The notes beneath the pieces were generated by a model. That model did no database searches, was not told where the DNA came from, and saw only the letters and a list, made by a program, of their open reading frames with translations. A stretch of 63,757 bases of DNA, the filler included, from Conidiobolus incongruus B7586 (taxonomy: Eukaryota), in NCBI GenBank assembly GCA_000697335.1. It is 10 parts of 10 records of this genome, joined end to end, with 100 filler letters (N's around TTAATTAATTAA, not from the genome) between each part and the next. Parts side by side here need not be neighbours in the genome. Positions count along the whole stretch, not along the records: positions 1 to 7,752 come from JNEM01000305.1; positions 7,853 to 13,594 come from JNEM01000306.1; 8 more parts are not named here. One strand, 5' to 3'. Positions 1 to 13,173 of the stretch are shown piece by piece (the first letter of the stretch is position 1; every line of letters begins with the position of its first letter). Made by a program: the position numbers and the translations under genes.

Positions 1-3000
1 ATATATAATTAATATTTATTATATTATTTTAAATCTGCAGTTATTTTTTAAATTTAGAATTAATATAATAATTTATTAATTTTTTTAAAAAAAATATTTA
101 ATTTAACTTTACAAAAATTTCAATATTAAATAAAATAGCTGAATATCATAGAATTTCAAGTTTTATTTAAATTAAACAAAAAGTATTTAATAGATTATCA
201 ATCCTATAAAAATAAATTTATATTAATTATATATTAAGATATCTAAATATTAACTAATGGCAAAAAACTTTCAAAATATAATATTATAAACTAATTTTAT
301 CAGCTCAAAGCTAAACGATCTATTATAAAAAACCTATCATAATTAAAATACTATAAATTTATATCTAACTAAAAGCTTAATAAATAATAAGAAGAATAAA
401 AATAATGCAAATTTATATTGTTTTGGCATTTATCATACTATATTTAAAAAATTATTAAAATAGATAGGCCATTAATTCTAGTAAATAATCCATCACCAAG
501 AAATAAAAGTATTTGAGCTGAAAAATCAAAATTACTACTATAAATATCAAAATAAAATATTATTTCAAAACAAGCAAATATTAATATCAAGTATAGAAAT
601 TAATAATTTTTTATTACACCAATTCTAAGAGTTAAAAATATATTTTAATAATAGAATAAATTTAAAATTTTTGAAAAACCAAAATTATATATTGGAAAAA
701 AAATAATTTAATTAATGAATCATATATTTTATATAATAATAATTATATACATACATTAAAGATAATAAAAGTATAAGCGACAAGGAGTAGTAGTAATAGG
801 AAATAACCTTGTATTCAAGGGAGAACAATAGTGCAAAGGAAGATTTTGAAATAAAGTAAAATAGGTTTTAATTCCAATTAGAAATAATATAGTTGTGATT
901 TATAATTAAGGTGGTTCAAACTAGTAGATAATATCAAGTACAAATAGTAATTGATAGGAATAGTCTTATAATTAAAAAAATTGATAGTTATTAAACAAAT
1001 AATCAAGAATATAGTTAATTATAAGAGGAAAATAGAAAGAACAAAGAAAGAAACGTATTTATTAAGTGAATTCAATTTATATTAATTCTAATATAAAAAT
1101 ACACGTGGGTTCATATGACATCACATGATATAATTAATCTTTATATTGAAAAATAAACGTTAATATAATAAAATATAACAAGAACTTTGAGATCTTGTCT
1201 CTTAGCAAAAAGATTTGTTTATTGACAAGAACTAGTGTTTATTACCACATCTACCATATTTACCAGCTATGAAACTTTATGATTATGATTGGTTTGCTAA
1301 ATTAAAGAATTTGATTCAGCAAAAGTGATTTGATGACATTAACTTTATATTTCAAAATTAAGGATGAAATTTTGAACATAAACTATAAAAACCTAGGTAA
1401 AAGGATTATATAATTAGCATTAGTGCAGAGTTCTGTTATTAAAAAACAAGGGAGTTATTAATTATTATTATCATATTATTTTCGTTTTTAGCGTTATTTA
1501 TTTTTTAGAATATATATTTAATATTGATGAATTTGATTTTTTAACGATTGAATAAGTAATTATATTGATATGTAATTAAGTTAAATAAGCGAATTATATA
1601 AATACATTGTATGATATTATTTTAAACTTGATTTCATTTGGGTTATTTGGTCATTACCATAATTTGCAAAGTATGGTTATTTCATATTAATAAAGTAACT
1701 GATTAATATTGAATATATAATAATACTTTATATATTAAATATAAATAAGAAAATAATTATTTTTATTTTTATAATTGCAATTAATAACTATTTTTTAACT
1801 GTTGAAATTTAATAGACAATGGAACAATCTTAATTATTGATAATTTAAATTTAAAAACAATTATTATTTATAAAATATAATATTTCAACCATTAAATTTT
1901 GCAATTAAATAATATAATTGAAAATATTCAAATTGATTTATACAATAATATATATAATTCAAAAAGTTAAATAGTTAAAATTGTTAATATTTGAATATTA
2001 TAGAGTTTAATAGCAAATATAATATTTTTAATTAAATTTCAAAATTGATTGATATCATGATAGATTATAATATATCATCTAGATCCACTTTGGAAATATA
2101 TATACAACGATTTGATGTTAGCCAGATTAATTATATTAGTACCAAATAACATAACATAATGGAATTTTGAATCAATTCAAATATACTAAATCTAAATTTA
2201 TATATTTAGATCAATTAATATTAAATAAAGATTTATAATAGTGAGAAATATATTTAATAAATAATCCAATTCAATATTAGATTCTTTAATGATATATAAA
2301 AAAATTTATATTTGTTATTCATATTAGGATTAATTTCAAATGTTAGAAATATAAAATCTTAGTTATACACTAAATACGATATATTTAATAAGAAATTGGC
2401 TATAGTGATTTATAAAGTTATAAACTAATTATTACAAAATTTCAATGTAACTTTTAACTTTGATCAATTAACATAATAAAGATTATTCAATTTTATTATC
2501 AGTAAAAAATTCAGCTAAGTTTTTGGAAATCTAGAAATTAAATTTTGATCTCATATATTATACATCCGAGACTAATTCAGGTAATTTGTTAAGAAAAAGC
2601 GCTTGATTATTATAATAATGTTTTCTAATATATTAATAACATATAACTCAACTCCGATCAAAAAACAGATCCATTAAGTGTGATGTGAAAAGTATTTTAT
2701 TATATATTTTATTAGAATTTTAATAATTTAAATATTAATTTTTATAGAATAAAAGTTTGAAATGTGAATATTATATATATAAACTTTTGTAAAACTAATA
2801 TAATAATATTTGTTATATATTTTTTAAAAGAAAATGAAATTTTTATATTATTTAACAATTTATCATATACCAAGTTTAATTTAATATTTATTATGATTTT
2901 ATATCTAAAGTTGTAATATAACTACTTAAGTATCTTTAATTTTACTAAACTGAAATAATATAACTTAAATTATTTTAAACAAATTCAAAAATTTAAAAAT

Positions 3001-3819
3001 ATGAGTAAATTATTAATTATTTAAAAAAAGTTGAAATATTTGAGTATTTCAGCTCAAAATTTTATAAAAAAATATATAATTATTAATATTGAAATATATA
3101 TATATATTAAAATTTAATAAGATTTTGTATATTGATTTTTTAAAAGTTAGCAATTGTTAATAATATTATGTGAATAAGTTGCAAAAAAAGATATTAATCA
3201 ATTAAGATTTGATACATAAATTTAGAATTATGCATATGTCAATTCTCATAAAATACAAAAAAACTATAATTTAATCTTAAAGTTTATATAAATATATTAA
3301 GTAAAAATACTAAAATTTTTAAATACAATATTTTACATTATAAATTTTAATTCAAAATTATAATTTTAGGTATTATTGGTTAAAAGAATTGTATTATAAA
3401 AAAGATTATAAGTTTTAATATTAAATATTATTATTTCTATTCAATCTGTGTACTATTATAAATTATTTATATATAATATTAATTAATATATATTATATCC
3501 AATTATTTGAAAAATTTAATAATAAATAAAGCGGTTTAAATAATTTATGGCTTAAAATTCAAAAAAAAATTGGTGATCTTCATTAAACTTACGATTTTTT
3601 TGAAATATATATATATATATTATTATTATTAGTAAAATGAAATTGAATTCAAAATAAACCACTTAAGTTAATCAGTTATAACCAGTAAGTGCTGTGCAAT
3701 CAAAACAAATCTGAAAATGATAAATTGATTATTTTATTCCTTTAATAAAGTGTATAAATGTTTTATATTAAAAACCAAAAGAAAATTGCATATAAATTTT
3801 GAGTTTCAGTCCGAAAAAT

Positions 3820-4003
3820 AATTGGCGATTGGTCAGCTGTGATTTGAGGAGCAAAGGAGACAATTATGTGTCCAATCACAAAACTGGTGTTGAAAATACA
3901 AGTAATTGGGGATTTGTAAGTGATATGTTATGAAATTTGCTAATGGCAAATTGTGTGAATAATAAATTGTGAAAAAACTGATCTGTGGTTTTGGTATAAA
4001 AGA
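3820..4003 (+). promoter_or_regulatory. Promoter of the GPI protein gene (CCAAT boxes and TATA box)
   Basis: ATTGG twice at ~3821-3832, CCAATCA at ~3872, TATAAAAG ~70 nt upstream of the ATG. Confidence 0.45.
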
Positions 4004-4065
4004 GTGAGAATGCTATGCTGATTTAAGTCAGCTGCTTATTTATTTTAATTAATTTAATATATACC

Positions 4066-4767
4066 ATGAAGGCTTTTATCTACTCTTCTTTTATTGCTTC
4101 TTTGTTTGCCGGCTTTACTCCTGGCCATCCTTACAGTGAAGACGTTTGGCCCGTTGGCACTACCCAGACAATTACATGGAAATGGATTGATAATGAAAAG
4201 GACACCGCTAGCTTCAAGGATATTAAAAAGCTTCAAATTGACTTCATGACAGGTGCTGATGAAAACAATATTTTAATTTCCCCCATTGCTACTCTCGATC
4301 CTTCTGAAACTCAACTCGATTGGAAGATTCCCGATGTTCCCAAAGATGGAAAGATTTATTTCATTCGTCTAACTGGACTTGATGAATCTGGTAAATCAGT
4401 GCAATACAACTGGTCTACCCGTTTTACCATTAAGGGATCTTCTGGTAAACCCACCACCGAGCCCACCACTATCACTAAAACCACCGGTAAGGAGAAGCCA
4501 ACCAGCACTGAAAAAGATAATGATGATGAGAAGACTACTTCGAGTAAAGAGAAACCCACTAAGACCTCCTCTGATAAAGACGAACCTACTTCTACTTCCA
4601 GTTCTGAAACTGAAACCGAAACTGCCACCTCTACTACTAAGGCTAAGACCACTACCACTTCTTCTACCAAATCTTCTTACTCTCCTCAACCCGATTCTGG
4701 AAGCAACGCTTCTTTTGCCGTCTCTGGTCTCTCTTTACTCTCCGCTGCTGTCTATGCTCTCTTGTAA
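4066..4767 (+). CDS. GPI-anchored Ser/Thr-rich cell-wall protein with N-terminal Kre9/Knh1-like Ig-like domain
   Basis: 233-aa ORF: N-terminal signal peptide; ~105-aa domain (W..GTTQTITW ... W.IP ... YFIR ... YNWSTRFTI); S/T/E/K-rich stalk; hydrophobic C-terminal GPI signal (SGSNASFAVSGLSLLSAAVYALL). TATAAAAG at ~3995. Confidence 0.85.
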   Translation: MKAFIYSSFIASLFAGFTPGHPYSEDVWPVGTTQTITWKWIDNEKDTASFKDIKKLQIDFMTGADENNILISPIATLDPSETQLDWKIPDVPKDGKIYFIRLTGLDESGKSVQYNWSTRFTIKGSSGKPTTEPTTITKTTGKEKPTSTEKDNDDEKTTSSKEKPTKTSSDKDEPTSTSSSETETETATSTTKAKTTTTSSTKSSYSPQPDSGSNASFAVSGLSLLSAAVYALL

Positions 4768-5938
4768 TATCATATTATCATAATCATTTTCTATTTAATA
4801 TAAATTATTGATCAAATCAAAAACTGTTAATAATATTATATAATTAATAAATAAAATTTGATCAATATTAAAATTTTTGTATATTGATTTTTAGTAACTT
4901 GAAAAAATTTGTTAAACATGATAAGATATAAAGAAGTGTCCCTTTTGATAATTTTTGTATAACTTCAAAAACCTGAAAGTTCCTAATTTAATCAATATAT
5001 CAAGATAACTACCTTTGTTATTATTTTTTATGGATACAATTAATTTTTTGGTAATATTAATGTTACCTAGAATTTAAATTGTTAAACCAAGAGGGTAAAT
5101 TGAACCTCATCTAATATTTCATTGGCTATTAGCTATTACATTCCTTTTCAATTTAATTTAACAGTTTTTTATACTGCGGATATATCAGTACCATAAACAA
5201 CATTGAATTTGTTCAAATTTGTTTATGAACTGAATATAGCAACTAGGATTATATTTTATTCCTTTTTTAAAATAATTTTTTAATAAAATTTAATACCGAT
5301 TATCTCGAATAAAATCTTAGAATATTATTAGACAATTTTCAGTTTAAATATATTAGAAGTTTCTAATTATACTTAAATATATATTTTTAATTTTTAAAAA
5401 AAAATCTTAAGATTAAATTTTGTTATTAGTACATTATTTTTTTATTAATTCATATTAAATTAAAATTTTATATTTATTTAAAAAAAAATCAAACAATATT
5501 TTTTTAAACCAATAATATTAAAATTTTTATAATAATTTAAATTTTAGTTTTATTAAAATTTTAACCCTATTTAATAAACAAAGAGTTACAAATTTAACTT
5601 TAGTTATAAATTGGACTAATATAACTATAACATATCTATATTATCTATTTTGTTATTGATTCATATATTAGATATTTAATGACCAATATTATATTACTTG
5701 TATTTGAAGGCTATTAAATGTATACAGTGTTAAAACTTAAGGTTACATGATATCATGACAAAAAGGAACTTGAGAAATAATACAATAATTTCAAAATTAA
5801 TATCCTTAAAATTAACATCAAAATTTAAAATTAGTCTAAAATAATGATTTAATAAAATTATATTAAATATATGTTGTAATGCATATTTATTTTTAAATTT
5901 GCAGTATTAAAAGGAAATTCAATGTAAATGATTTATAA

Positions 5939-6337
5939 TTATTTAGGCTTATTATTTAGAATTGTAAATTTAGTGCTCCAATTATAATCAATTGCAACAT
6001 TATTCTTATCATAACTCGTAATTCTGAAAAAGTATAATTTACCATCTTGACTCACTTTAGGCACTTTAAACATTGTATTGTTGGTAGTTGGAGGTAATGC
6101 TGCAATATTGACTAATAGAATATTATCATAATCTGAGCCTGACATGAAATCCACTATAATATAAACGATCTGATCTATTTTCGGTTTGCCTTCTTGATCT
6201 TGCCAACTCCATTCCACTTTTTCCAGAGTATCAGCGTACCATACCGTTTCACTCCAAGGCGTACCAGGAACATAGGTACCATAAATTGACCTTAACAAAC
6301 AAACTATACAAATTGGGAAAATACTTAGGTTTAATAT
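5939..6337 (-). pseudogene. Paralogue of the N-terminal domain of 4066..4767, lacking stalk and GPI tail; no in-frame ATG
   Basis: Shares motifs with the neighbour: PG.PWSE.VW, DFMSGSD.DNILL..IA.L.P, KVP.V..DGKLYFFRIT, YNWSTKFTI. The upstream frame encodes a signal-like LNLSIFPICIVCLLRSIYG preceded by ATA, and a TAA occurs before any ATG. Confidence 0.65.
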
Positions 6338-6801
6338 GATATAAAAATTAATAATAAGAAAATATTATAAAATTCTTTTTTTAAAAAATTATAAATAATT
6401 TCAAATTATCAATTACTAAATAAAGTAATTCAAAATTATTTCTTCAGTGAAATTTTAATCTTAATTAATTATGGTCAAGTAGTGTAAGTTGGTATAAATA
6501 TAGAGTTTTAATCATTCTTATTTATTTAATTCTAATTTAGTAGTATTTTATATAATTTTAATTAGATGGATTTATCTTATATATTGATTTTAATAACTGT
6601 AACTATTCCTTTATTTGATTAAAAAAGATACTTAATTTACTAAAATTTATTTAGTAATAGTGAAAGTAATATGAAAAAAATAATCTTATATAATATTATA
6701 TTATGAAATAATAATAATAATAATAATATAAATTAATATACTACAATTAAATAATTTTTAAATTACAATAATTAAAAAAAAATAAACTGATTTTAATTAT
6801 A

Positions 6802-6836
<35 letters not shown>

Positions 6837-7752
6837 TTGATCGTTAGTAAAATTAAGAAAATTGAAATAAGTTACTGTTAAGTTATTATTCAAAATTATA
6901 GTTATAGTTATATTAATTTATTAATAAAAGAAATAATATTTACTAGATTATTCTTAATAATTAAATGATATTATAAAATTTATTAATTGATTGATGCTTT
7001 TTCAAATAGGCTAGGTTTATTTACACACCTTTTAAATTGTTATTCAGACCCAATGATAATTTTATTACTTTGATTATAATCCAATATTAGTTGAATTTTT
7101 GTATCATTTAAACTTTATAAAATAATTCTTAGTTTTTAGAATTTATTTGGATTGTGCAATTTTGAAATTATATATATATATAGCATGGTTATAAATTCCT
7201 CTTTAAATTACTTTGAATATATTATCAAGTATAATCTATTATAGGGATATAAGTAACTCTGAATTTATAAGGATTATCTGCTATTACTTTTAAAACTTAA
7301 TTCCAATATGCTTAATATTAAATTTGGATAATTTTTGTGATTTTTCTTAATGAAAAATGATATCATATTAATATGATTTTAATTAATAATTAAAATAGTT
7401 ATAATGGCAATATTAATATCAAGTTAAAACATTAAGATACTATTCAATAAATATACTATTATAAATATCTAAATATTAATAATTTTGTTAAAGAATATTT
7501 TATCCAACAAAATTTTTATTATAATAATTAAATCAATAAAATAATTATAATATAATTAGAAAACCAAATATTAAAGTTAAATAGAATTAAACAATTAAAA
7601 TAATATTCATTAAAGAAAATATTAATTGCTATTAATAAATCTTCAAAGATTTTTTTAAATATAATTTACTATTTATTCTTTCATTTTTTAAAATATAAAA
7701 TTTAAATATATAAAAAATAAATAGATTTTATTTTTATTATATCATTATATAT

Positions 7753-7852
7753 NNNNNNNNNNNNNNNNNNNNNNNNNNNNNNNNNNNNNNNNNNNNTTAA
7801 TTAATTAANNNNNNNNNNNNNNNNNNNNNNNNNNNNNNNNNNNNNNNNNNNN
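7753..7852. other. Artificial assembly linker (44 N + TTAATTAATTAA + 44 N); also at 13595, 19745, 25941, 31293, 37937, 44892, 52185, 58579
   Basis: Identical 100-nt structure occurs nine times; the 12-mer places stops in all six frames. Confidence 0.97.
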
Positions 7853-10334
7853 AATATATTTTATTTTATTAAACTGTTTAAGATAATGTTTTAATTTAAT
7901 TATATTTATTTATAAACATTAACTTATTAATAATATATTCTTTAATTCCTTCAAGTAATAATTATTATAAAAGTTTAAAATTTAAGAATAAATTAAATAC
8001 AATGATTTTTTCGATTTATTTTTATTTATTAAACCTTTTATGTTTTCATCTATATATTCTTTAAATATTCCAAGATTATTAAATATTTTTAGTTTATTAA
8101 AAATCCTAATTCTAGACCTTTATATATATATATAGATATATATTTAAAAATTGAACAAGTGTTACATAGTTAAAATTGATTTAAAGTAATTGGCATTCAT
8201 TAATATAGAGAGTAATAGTTAGTTAAAATTAATAAAAAGATTAATTTATTAAATTATTTTTAAAAATACAAAAGTTTAAAAAGTTAGTTAGTGAATATTA
8301 AAATATTAGATTTTATATATTTATTGATAGAATTGGTTATAATATAGGACTTTTATTTTATATTTGATTTCTATTAAATCATTTAATGTTTAGATATATA
8401 TATCAACTTGATCTAACAGCCAATAGGTTAGATTAGTGATAAAACAAATTGGGATTCTAAAAACTAAGTGAATTACCACCAACTCTAAATACAACACAAT
8501 AGGATCAATAAAATATTACTCACTGGATTTAACCTTAGCATATGACAAAAGTCTAAAATCAAAAATACAAGTAAAATCAAAAAGGTAAAGGACCAGATCT
8601 TTTAGTTATATATCACAAATTTAACTGTTTATGTAATGGAAACCCAAAATAATACTTTAAAGTATTTGAAATAATATTTTAGTGATTTAGTAGTTTGATA
8701 TTCAATTATTCATTAGTTAGATAATTTAATACTGTTTCCTAATGCGATTACCAGTATTTAGTATTCAATCTTTGATTATTAAATAAAACAACAAGAATAA
8801 TGATAATTATATAAAGAGAAGTGTATTAAATACTTTTAGTGGCCTAAAATTGGGTAAGGATTAATTGCAAGGCGACTGTGTCCTAACTCAGGGTTTAATT
8901 TAGTAAATAAAAATAGAATTGCTTATGTTAAAGCATTTCACTCATAACGAAGTAACTGTTGTTTAAAATTAATATCAGAACGTCTTAATAAGTTATTAAG
9001 CTAAATAAAAACATGTTTATATATTTTAAAAAATCTCAAAGAAAATATTATCCAAATTATAACAAAATTTAAAAAAAAATTAATAAAATTTTGAAAAAGG
9101 TAAATACCTAATAGATTATATGTTTTATTGAGGAATTATTTTAATTAATTCTATATTTAAGATAGTACTAAAAGGTTTATTATATATATATTTAATAACA
9201 TTTAAAATATATGATTTAATCTTCACCATTTAAACTCGATGAAATTGAGTTTAAAAATTATATTCTAAATAAAATATATTTATTAAAGAGTTAATTATAG
9301 AGGGATTTATGTATTATTTCAAACTCTTTGTTTAATTTATATACATTGTGATTTTAAAGACTGTTAATATATTTAAATAATTAGAAATAAGCAGGCACCA
9401 TTGTTTTTAAAGAAATAACTTCAATTTTAACAAAATACTTATAACTAATTATTTTTACTAATATCATACCTTTGATCAGATAATATATTATAAATTTGCC
9501 TTAATATTTAATATTGTTCATTCAAAAATATAGATAATCATAATTCTTACATTTTATTTGGCTGTTAAGATCATTATAGATTAATATTAATAAAATAATC
9601 AATTAACTGGATATGTTTTCAATACAAACTATAATGTTATATGATTAACTGTTATGAATGATATTATTTAAATTAGTATATCATTGATTGGTAAAGATAT
9701 TATTTCATAAGCTTGAAATCCAATAAATTCTTTATAAAATCAATATATATCACAACACATCAAAAGATTAAAATATTAAATTTAGTGAAATTAATAATTT
9801 ATAAAATATAGCAAATTAATTAAAATCTATTATATAAAATAATCACTAATATATTTAAAATGATTTAAAGATTAAAATGAGCTGAATTAGTATAAATAAA
9901 ATGTTGCCATAATAATATGATCAATTATGTAATTGATGATAACATTAAGGTTAAATATTCAAATATAATTCCAGATATTATTGTAAGATTCAAATTCAAA
10001 ATGGATTATGGCATATTAAAAGTAACAGTTTAGGTTAAATAATTCTTTCAATATATAATTATTTTAAATTAATATATTAAAATAATGATTGATTATTATA
10101 TATTAAAGAGTACTAATGTTTATGATTAGAGTTATACTTAATTAAATTGTTAATTATTTTCATTTGAACTTTTCGTATTAAAAGGTAATTTATTAATATT
10201 GAAAATGAAAAATTTAGTTTAAATAAAAAGATAAAATTTTTATATAGAAATCAATTAATTCAATAATTATAAACCTATTGGCCATCTAAAAGAGATATTA
10301 AATAAATTGAATTTTATTTTTTTAATTAATAGTT

Positions 10335-10862
10335 TTATAGCTTACCCTGTAATTTCTTCAATCTAGAACCTGCAATGAGGACAAAATCTTGGAGGGCTGA
10401 CTTTTTATCAGCTTCCCTATCGTTCCTCTGGATACGCTCACGAATGACGGGGATGATCTGCTCGAAGGTGCGTCCATTCACGAAGATCATGAATTTGAAG
10501 CCGAATTGCTTTTCATACTGATCATTGAGATCGTTTAAGGTCTTGCGGATTTGGATCTGTTCGGGTGTTTCTTTTTGGTTGGCGTAGCCTTGTTCTTTGT
10601 AGGAGTGTTCAGATAAGGATTCTTTGGGAGCGCCGAGACGGGGATGGGCGTTAATGATTTCGATTTGACCTTCTTCGTCAAGGCTATTGATGACTAGAGA
10701 CACTTTGGATAAGAGGTCTTCAAAGCTGGTGAAGGGCTTAAGTTTGAGGAGAGGAGTAATTAAAATGGGGCATGGTTCGAATAAGTTGGAGATAAAACTG
10801 TTGAATTGAGCTTCATCAAATTGGTTGAGTTCTTCAATGGTGGGTACTTTAGTGCTAGTCAT
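10335..10862 (-). CDS. OHCU decarboxylase (2-oxo-4-hydroxy-4-carboxy-5-ureidoimidazoline decarboxylase, urate catabolism)
   Basis: Motifs LFE, INAHPRLG, LS..S..EQ, LN..YE.QFGFKFMIFVNGR, IA.SRL; intronless, 175 aa. Confidence 0.92.
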   Translation of the reverse strand: MTSTKVPTIEELNQFDEAQFNSFISNLFEPCPILITPLLKLKPFTSFEDLLSKVSLVINSLDEEGQIEIINAHPRLGAPKESLSEHSYKEQGYANQKETPEQIQIRKTLNDLNDQYEKQFGFKFMIFVNGRTFEQIIPVIRERIQRNDREADKKSALQDFVLIAGSRLKKLQGKL

Positions 10863-11162
10863 ACTATTTTACTAAACAATTATAAAACGGTGGGAGTATA
10901 GCGCTGTATTTGACTTGATGACTAATGCTATTATTAAATGGCTGAATGGATCACTCATAATGCCACTACATCATCAATATAAAGTTATGGGATTATTCCA
11001 AATCCAAGTCACAATACCTTTTAATTAAAAAATTAATAAAAATATGATTGGTTATTGGATCATATGACTGGTTATTTCATATAAAAGTGGATGTTTGAGT
11101 CAATGGATTCATTGTCATATTATCAAATAAGCTGATTGTATCCACTACTGCTCTTAACATTC

Positions 11163-12170
11163 ATGACTGATTTAGCCAACACTAATCATTTGCAGATTAC
11201 TAAATTCAAAGCCGCTGTAGTCCAAGCGGCTCCAGTTGTATTTGACCTAGATGCAACACTCCTTAAGTTAAAAGATCTTGCTAAACAAGCAGCCTCTTCA
11301 GGTGCCAAACTAGTTGTATTCCCAGAAGCCTTCTTATCTGGATATCCTAAGGGAACAACCTTTGGAAGCTATATTGGTGGTAGATCTCTAGAAGGTCGCA
11401 AATATTTCGAAAAGTACTACCGTAGTTCCATCGACATTCCTGGACCAATCGTCGATGAGTTGAGCGACTTGGCTAAAGGATTAGATATTTTCTTAGTAGT
11501 AGGATGTATCGAGCGAGGAGGAAATACTTTATACTGCACTATCATCTTCTTTGATCCCGTCAAAGGATTTTTGGGCAAACATCGTAAACTGATGCCAACA
11601 GCTGGAGAAAAATTAGTATGGGGATTTGGTGATGGCAGTACTCTTCCAGTATTCGATACTTCTATTGGTAATTTGGGTGCCGTGATCTGCTGGGAGAACT
11701 ATATGCCTTTAGTAAGAACCCATATGTATCAACAGAATATTCAATTGTATTGCGCTCCCACAGCCGATGATCGTGAATCATGGGTCAGCTCCATGCAGCA
11801 CGTCGCCAAAGAAGGAAGATGCTATGTATTTTCAAGTTGCCAGTACCTCAGAAGGAAGGATTTCCCTGAGGATTACCCCACTTTTATGAGCCAAGAACCT
11901 AATGCTATATATCTGAAAGGAGGCAGTTGTATTGTAAATCCTATGGGAGAAATCATTGCAAGTCCTAACTTCAACTGTGAAGATATTCTATATGCAGATG
12001 TCGATATGTCTGAAATCATTCGCTATCGCTGGGAATTTGATGTAGTTGGTCACTATTCAAGACCTGATATCTTCAAATTATCATCTAACTGTGAGGATCG
12101 CTCCATCAACAAAGGAAAGACTGATGACCAACTTGAAATTGACAGTAGTATTAAGAAATCTAAATTATAG
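11163..12170 (+). CDS. Nitrilase (CN-hydrolase branch 1, NIT4-like)
   Basis: Catalytic triad contexts VFPEAF (Glu), KHRKLMPT (Lys), ICWENYMP (Cys); also WGFGDGSTLPV and FDVVGHYSRPD. First ATG at 11163 (the ORF-track start at 11136 is TTG). Confidence 0.95.
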   Translation: MTDLANTNHLQITKFKAAVVQAAPVVFDLDATLLKLKDLAKQAASSGAKLVVFPEAFLSGYPKGTTFGSYIGGRSLEGRKYFEKYYRSSIDIPGPIVDELSDLAKGLDIFLVVGCIERGGNTLYCTIIFFDPVKGFLGKHRKLMPTAGEKLVWGFGDGSTLPVFDTSIGNLGAVICWENYMPLVRTHMYQQNIQLYCAPTADDRESWVSSMQHVAKEGRCYVFSSCQYLRRKDFPEDYPTFMSQEPNAIYLKGGSCIVNPMGEIIASPNFNCEDILYADVDMSEIIRYRWEFDVVGHYSRPDIFKLSSNCEDRSINKGKTDDQLEIDSSIKKSKL

Positions 12171-12829
12171 TCTTAATGAATAAATTTTCTATTGTTAATA
12201 CTTAAATATTTCCAATAATATCATTCATAACATAAATCATTTCAAATAATATTTATTTAATTAAATAATGTATAAGTTCAAGAATAAAACTCTATTCTTA
12301 ATATAACTATAAGAGAGTATATTTATGTAAAATCTTTTATGTTAGTTTAAAAAGAAACAGCATATTTTGTAATTTCTGATATTTTAAACATATTGTTAGG
12401 TTTAAAAGATCAATAATATATAAAATATTTAAGATAATTAACATTTTCAAATTATATAAATATCATTCATTACTGTTCTTTATTAAAATATTCTTAATTA
12501 AAAATTTAAGGTTAAATTTTACTATTCTTTAATAATGATCATCTAAAGTTTTATATTTTAATATTATTGAAAGTAAATCAAACTTTTAATATTTAAAATA
12601 TTTAATAAAAATAATGATTTGTCCAGAATTACCATTTATTACCTAATTTTTTTTTAATTGATAGAAAAAATATCATTTATAATTTATTTTGATATAAAAA
12701 TTTAATTATTAATATCAATTTTTTACTAATTGATAAAATAAAAGAAAATTAAAATAAAGCTTTTTATTACACTTACAAAATTATTTAGGTATTTTAATAT
12801 TAACTATATAATTATATAATTATATATAT

Positions 12830-13173
12830 TATAAGTATTATGACAATTGCTACCTAATTGATACTTTTTCTCACTCTAATTCACTACTAAGGACCTGATT
12901 ATCCAAATCAAACCTTATCAACATTTTACAAATCTATATTTAAGTGACCTTATTGTTACTTAGTTATGCATACTTATACCTATATATTTCACTTAGTTAT
13001 AAGAAAGACATAGAGGGGCTTATATAAATAAAAACCTTTTTGCTTGACTATTAATATATTTTTATTATTATTATTAGTTAATATCTCAATAATGAAGGAT
13101 TTAGTTATTATATATTTCTTAAAGTATTAAGAGACCCACTTCCTTTACTCTTAACTATTGTTATTCATTTACA
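12830..13173 (+). mobile_element. Solo LTR of the Gypsy family at 20197-25809
   Basis: Reverse complement aligns end to end with the 374-bp LTRs (TATAAGTATTATGACAATTGC ... TTGTTATTCATTTACA) with a ~30-nt internal deletion; flanked by TATAT on both sides. Confidence 0.92.

Noticed and set aside
760..1130. Purine-skewed block resembling another solo LTR
   Set aside because: No second copy, clear termini or TSD
4054..4783. Overlapping ORFs 4054..4236, 4356..4670, 4379..4783, 4396..4689
   Set aside because: Alternative-frame or antisense shadows of the low-complexity GPI gene
7797..7808. Recurring TTAATTAATTAA palindrome as a biological repeat
   Set aside because: Always centred in N runs; it is an assembly linker
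8400..8900. Possible LINE RT remnant (LDLTLAYDK ~8523; LQGDC ~8865)
   Set aside because: Motif spacing is longer than typical and no further motifs are visible; needs a translated search
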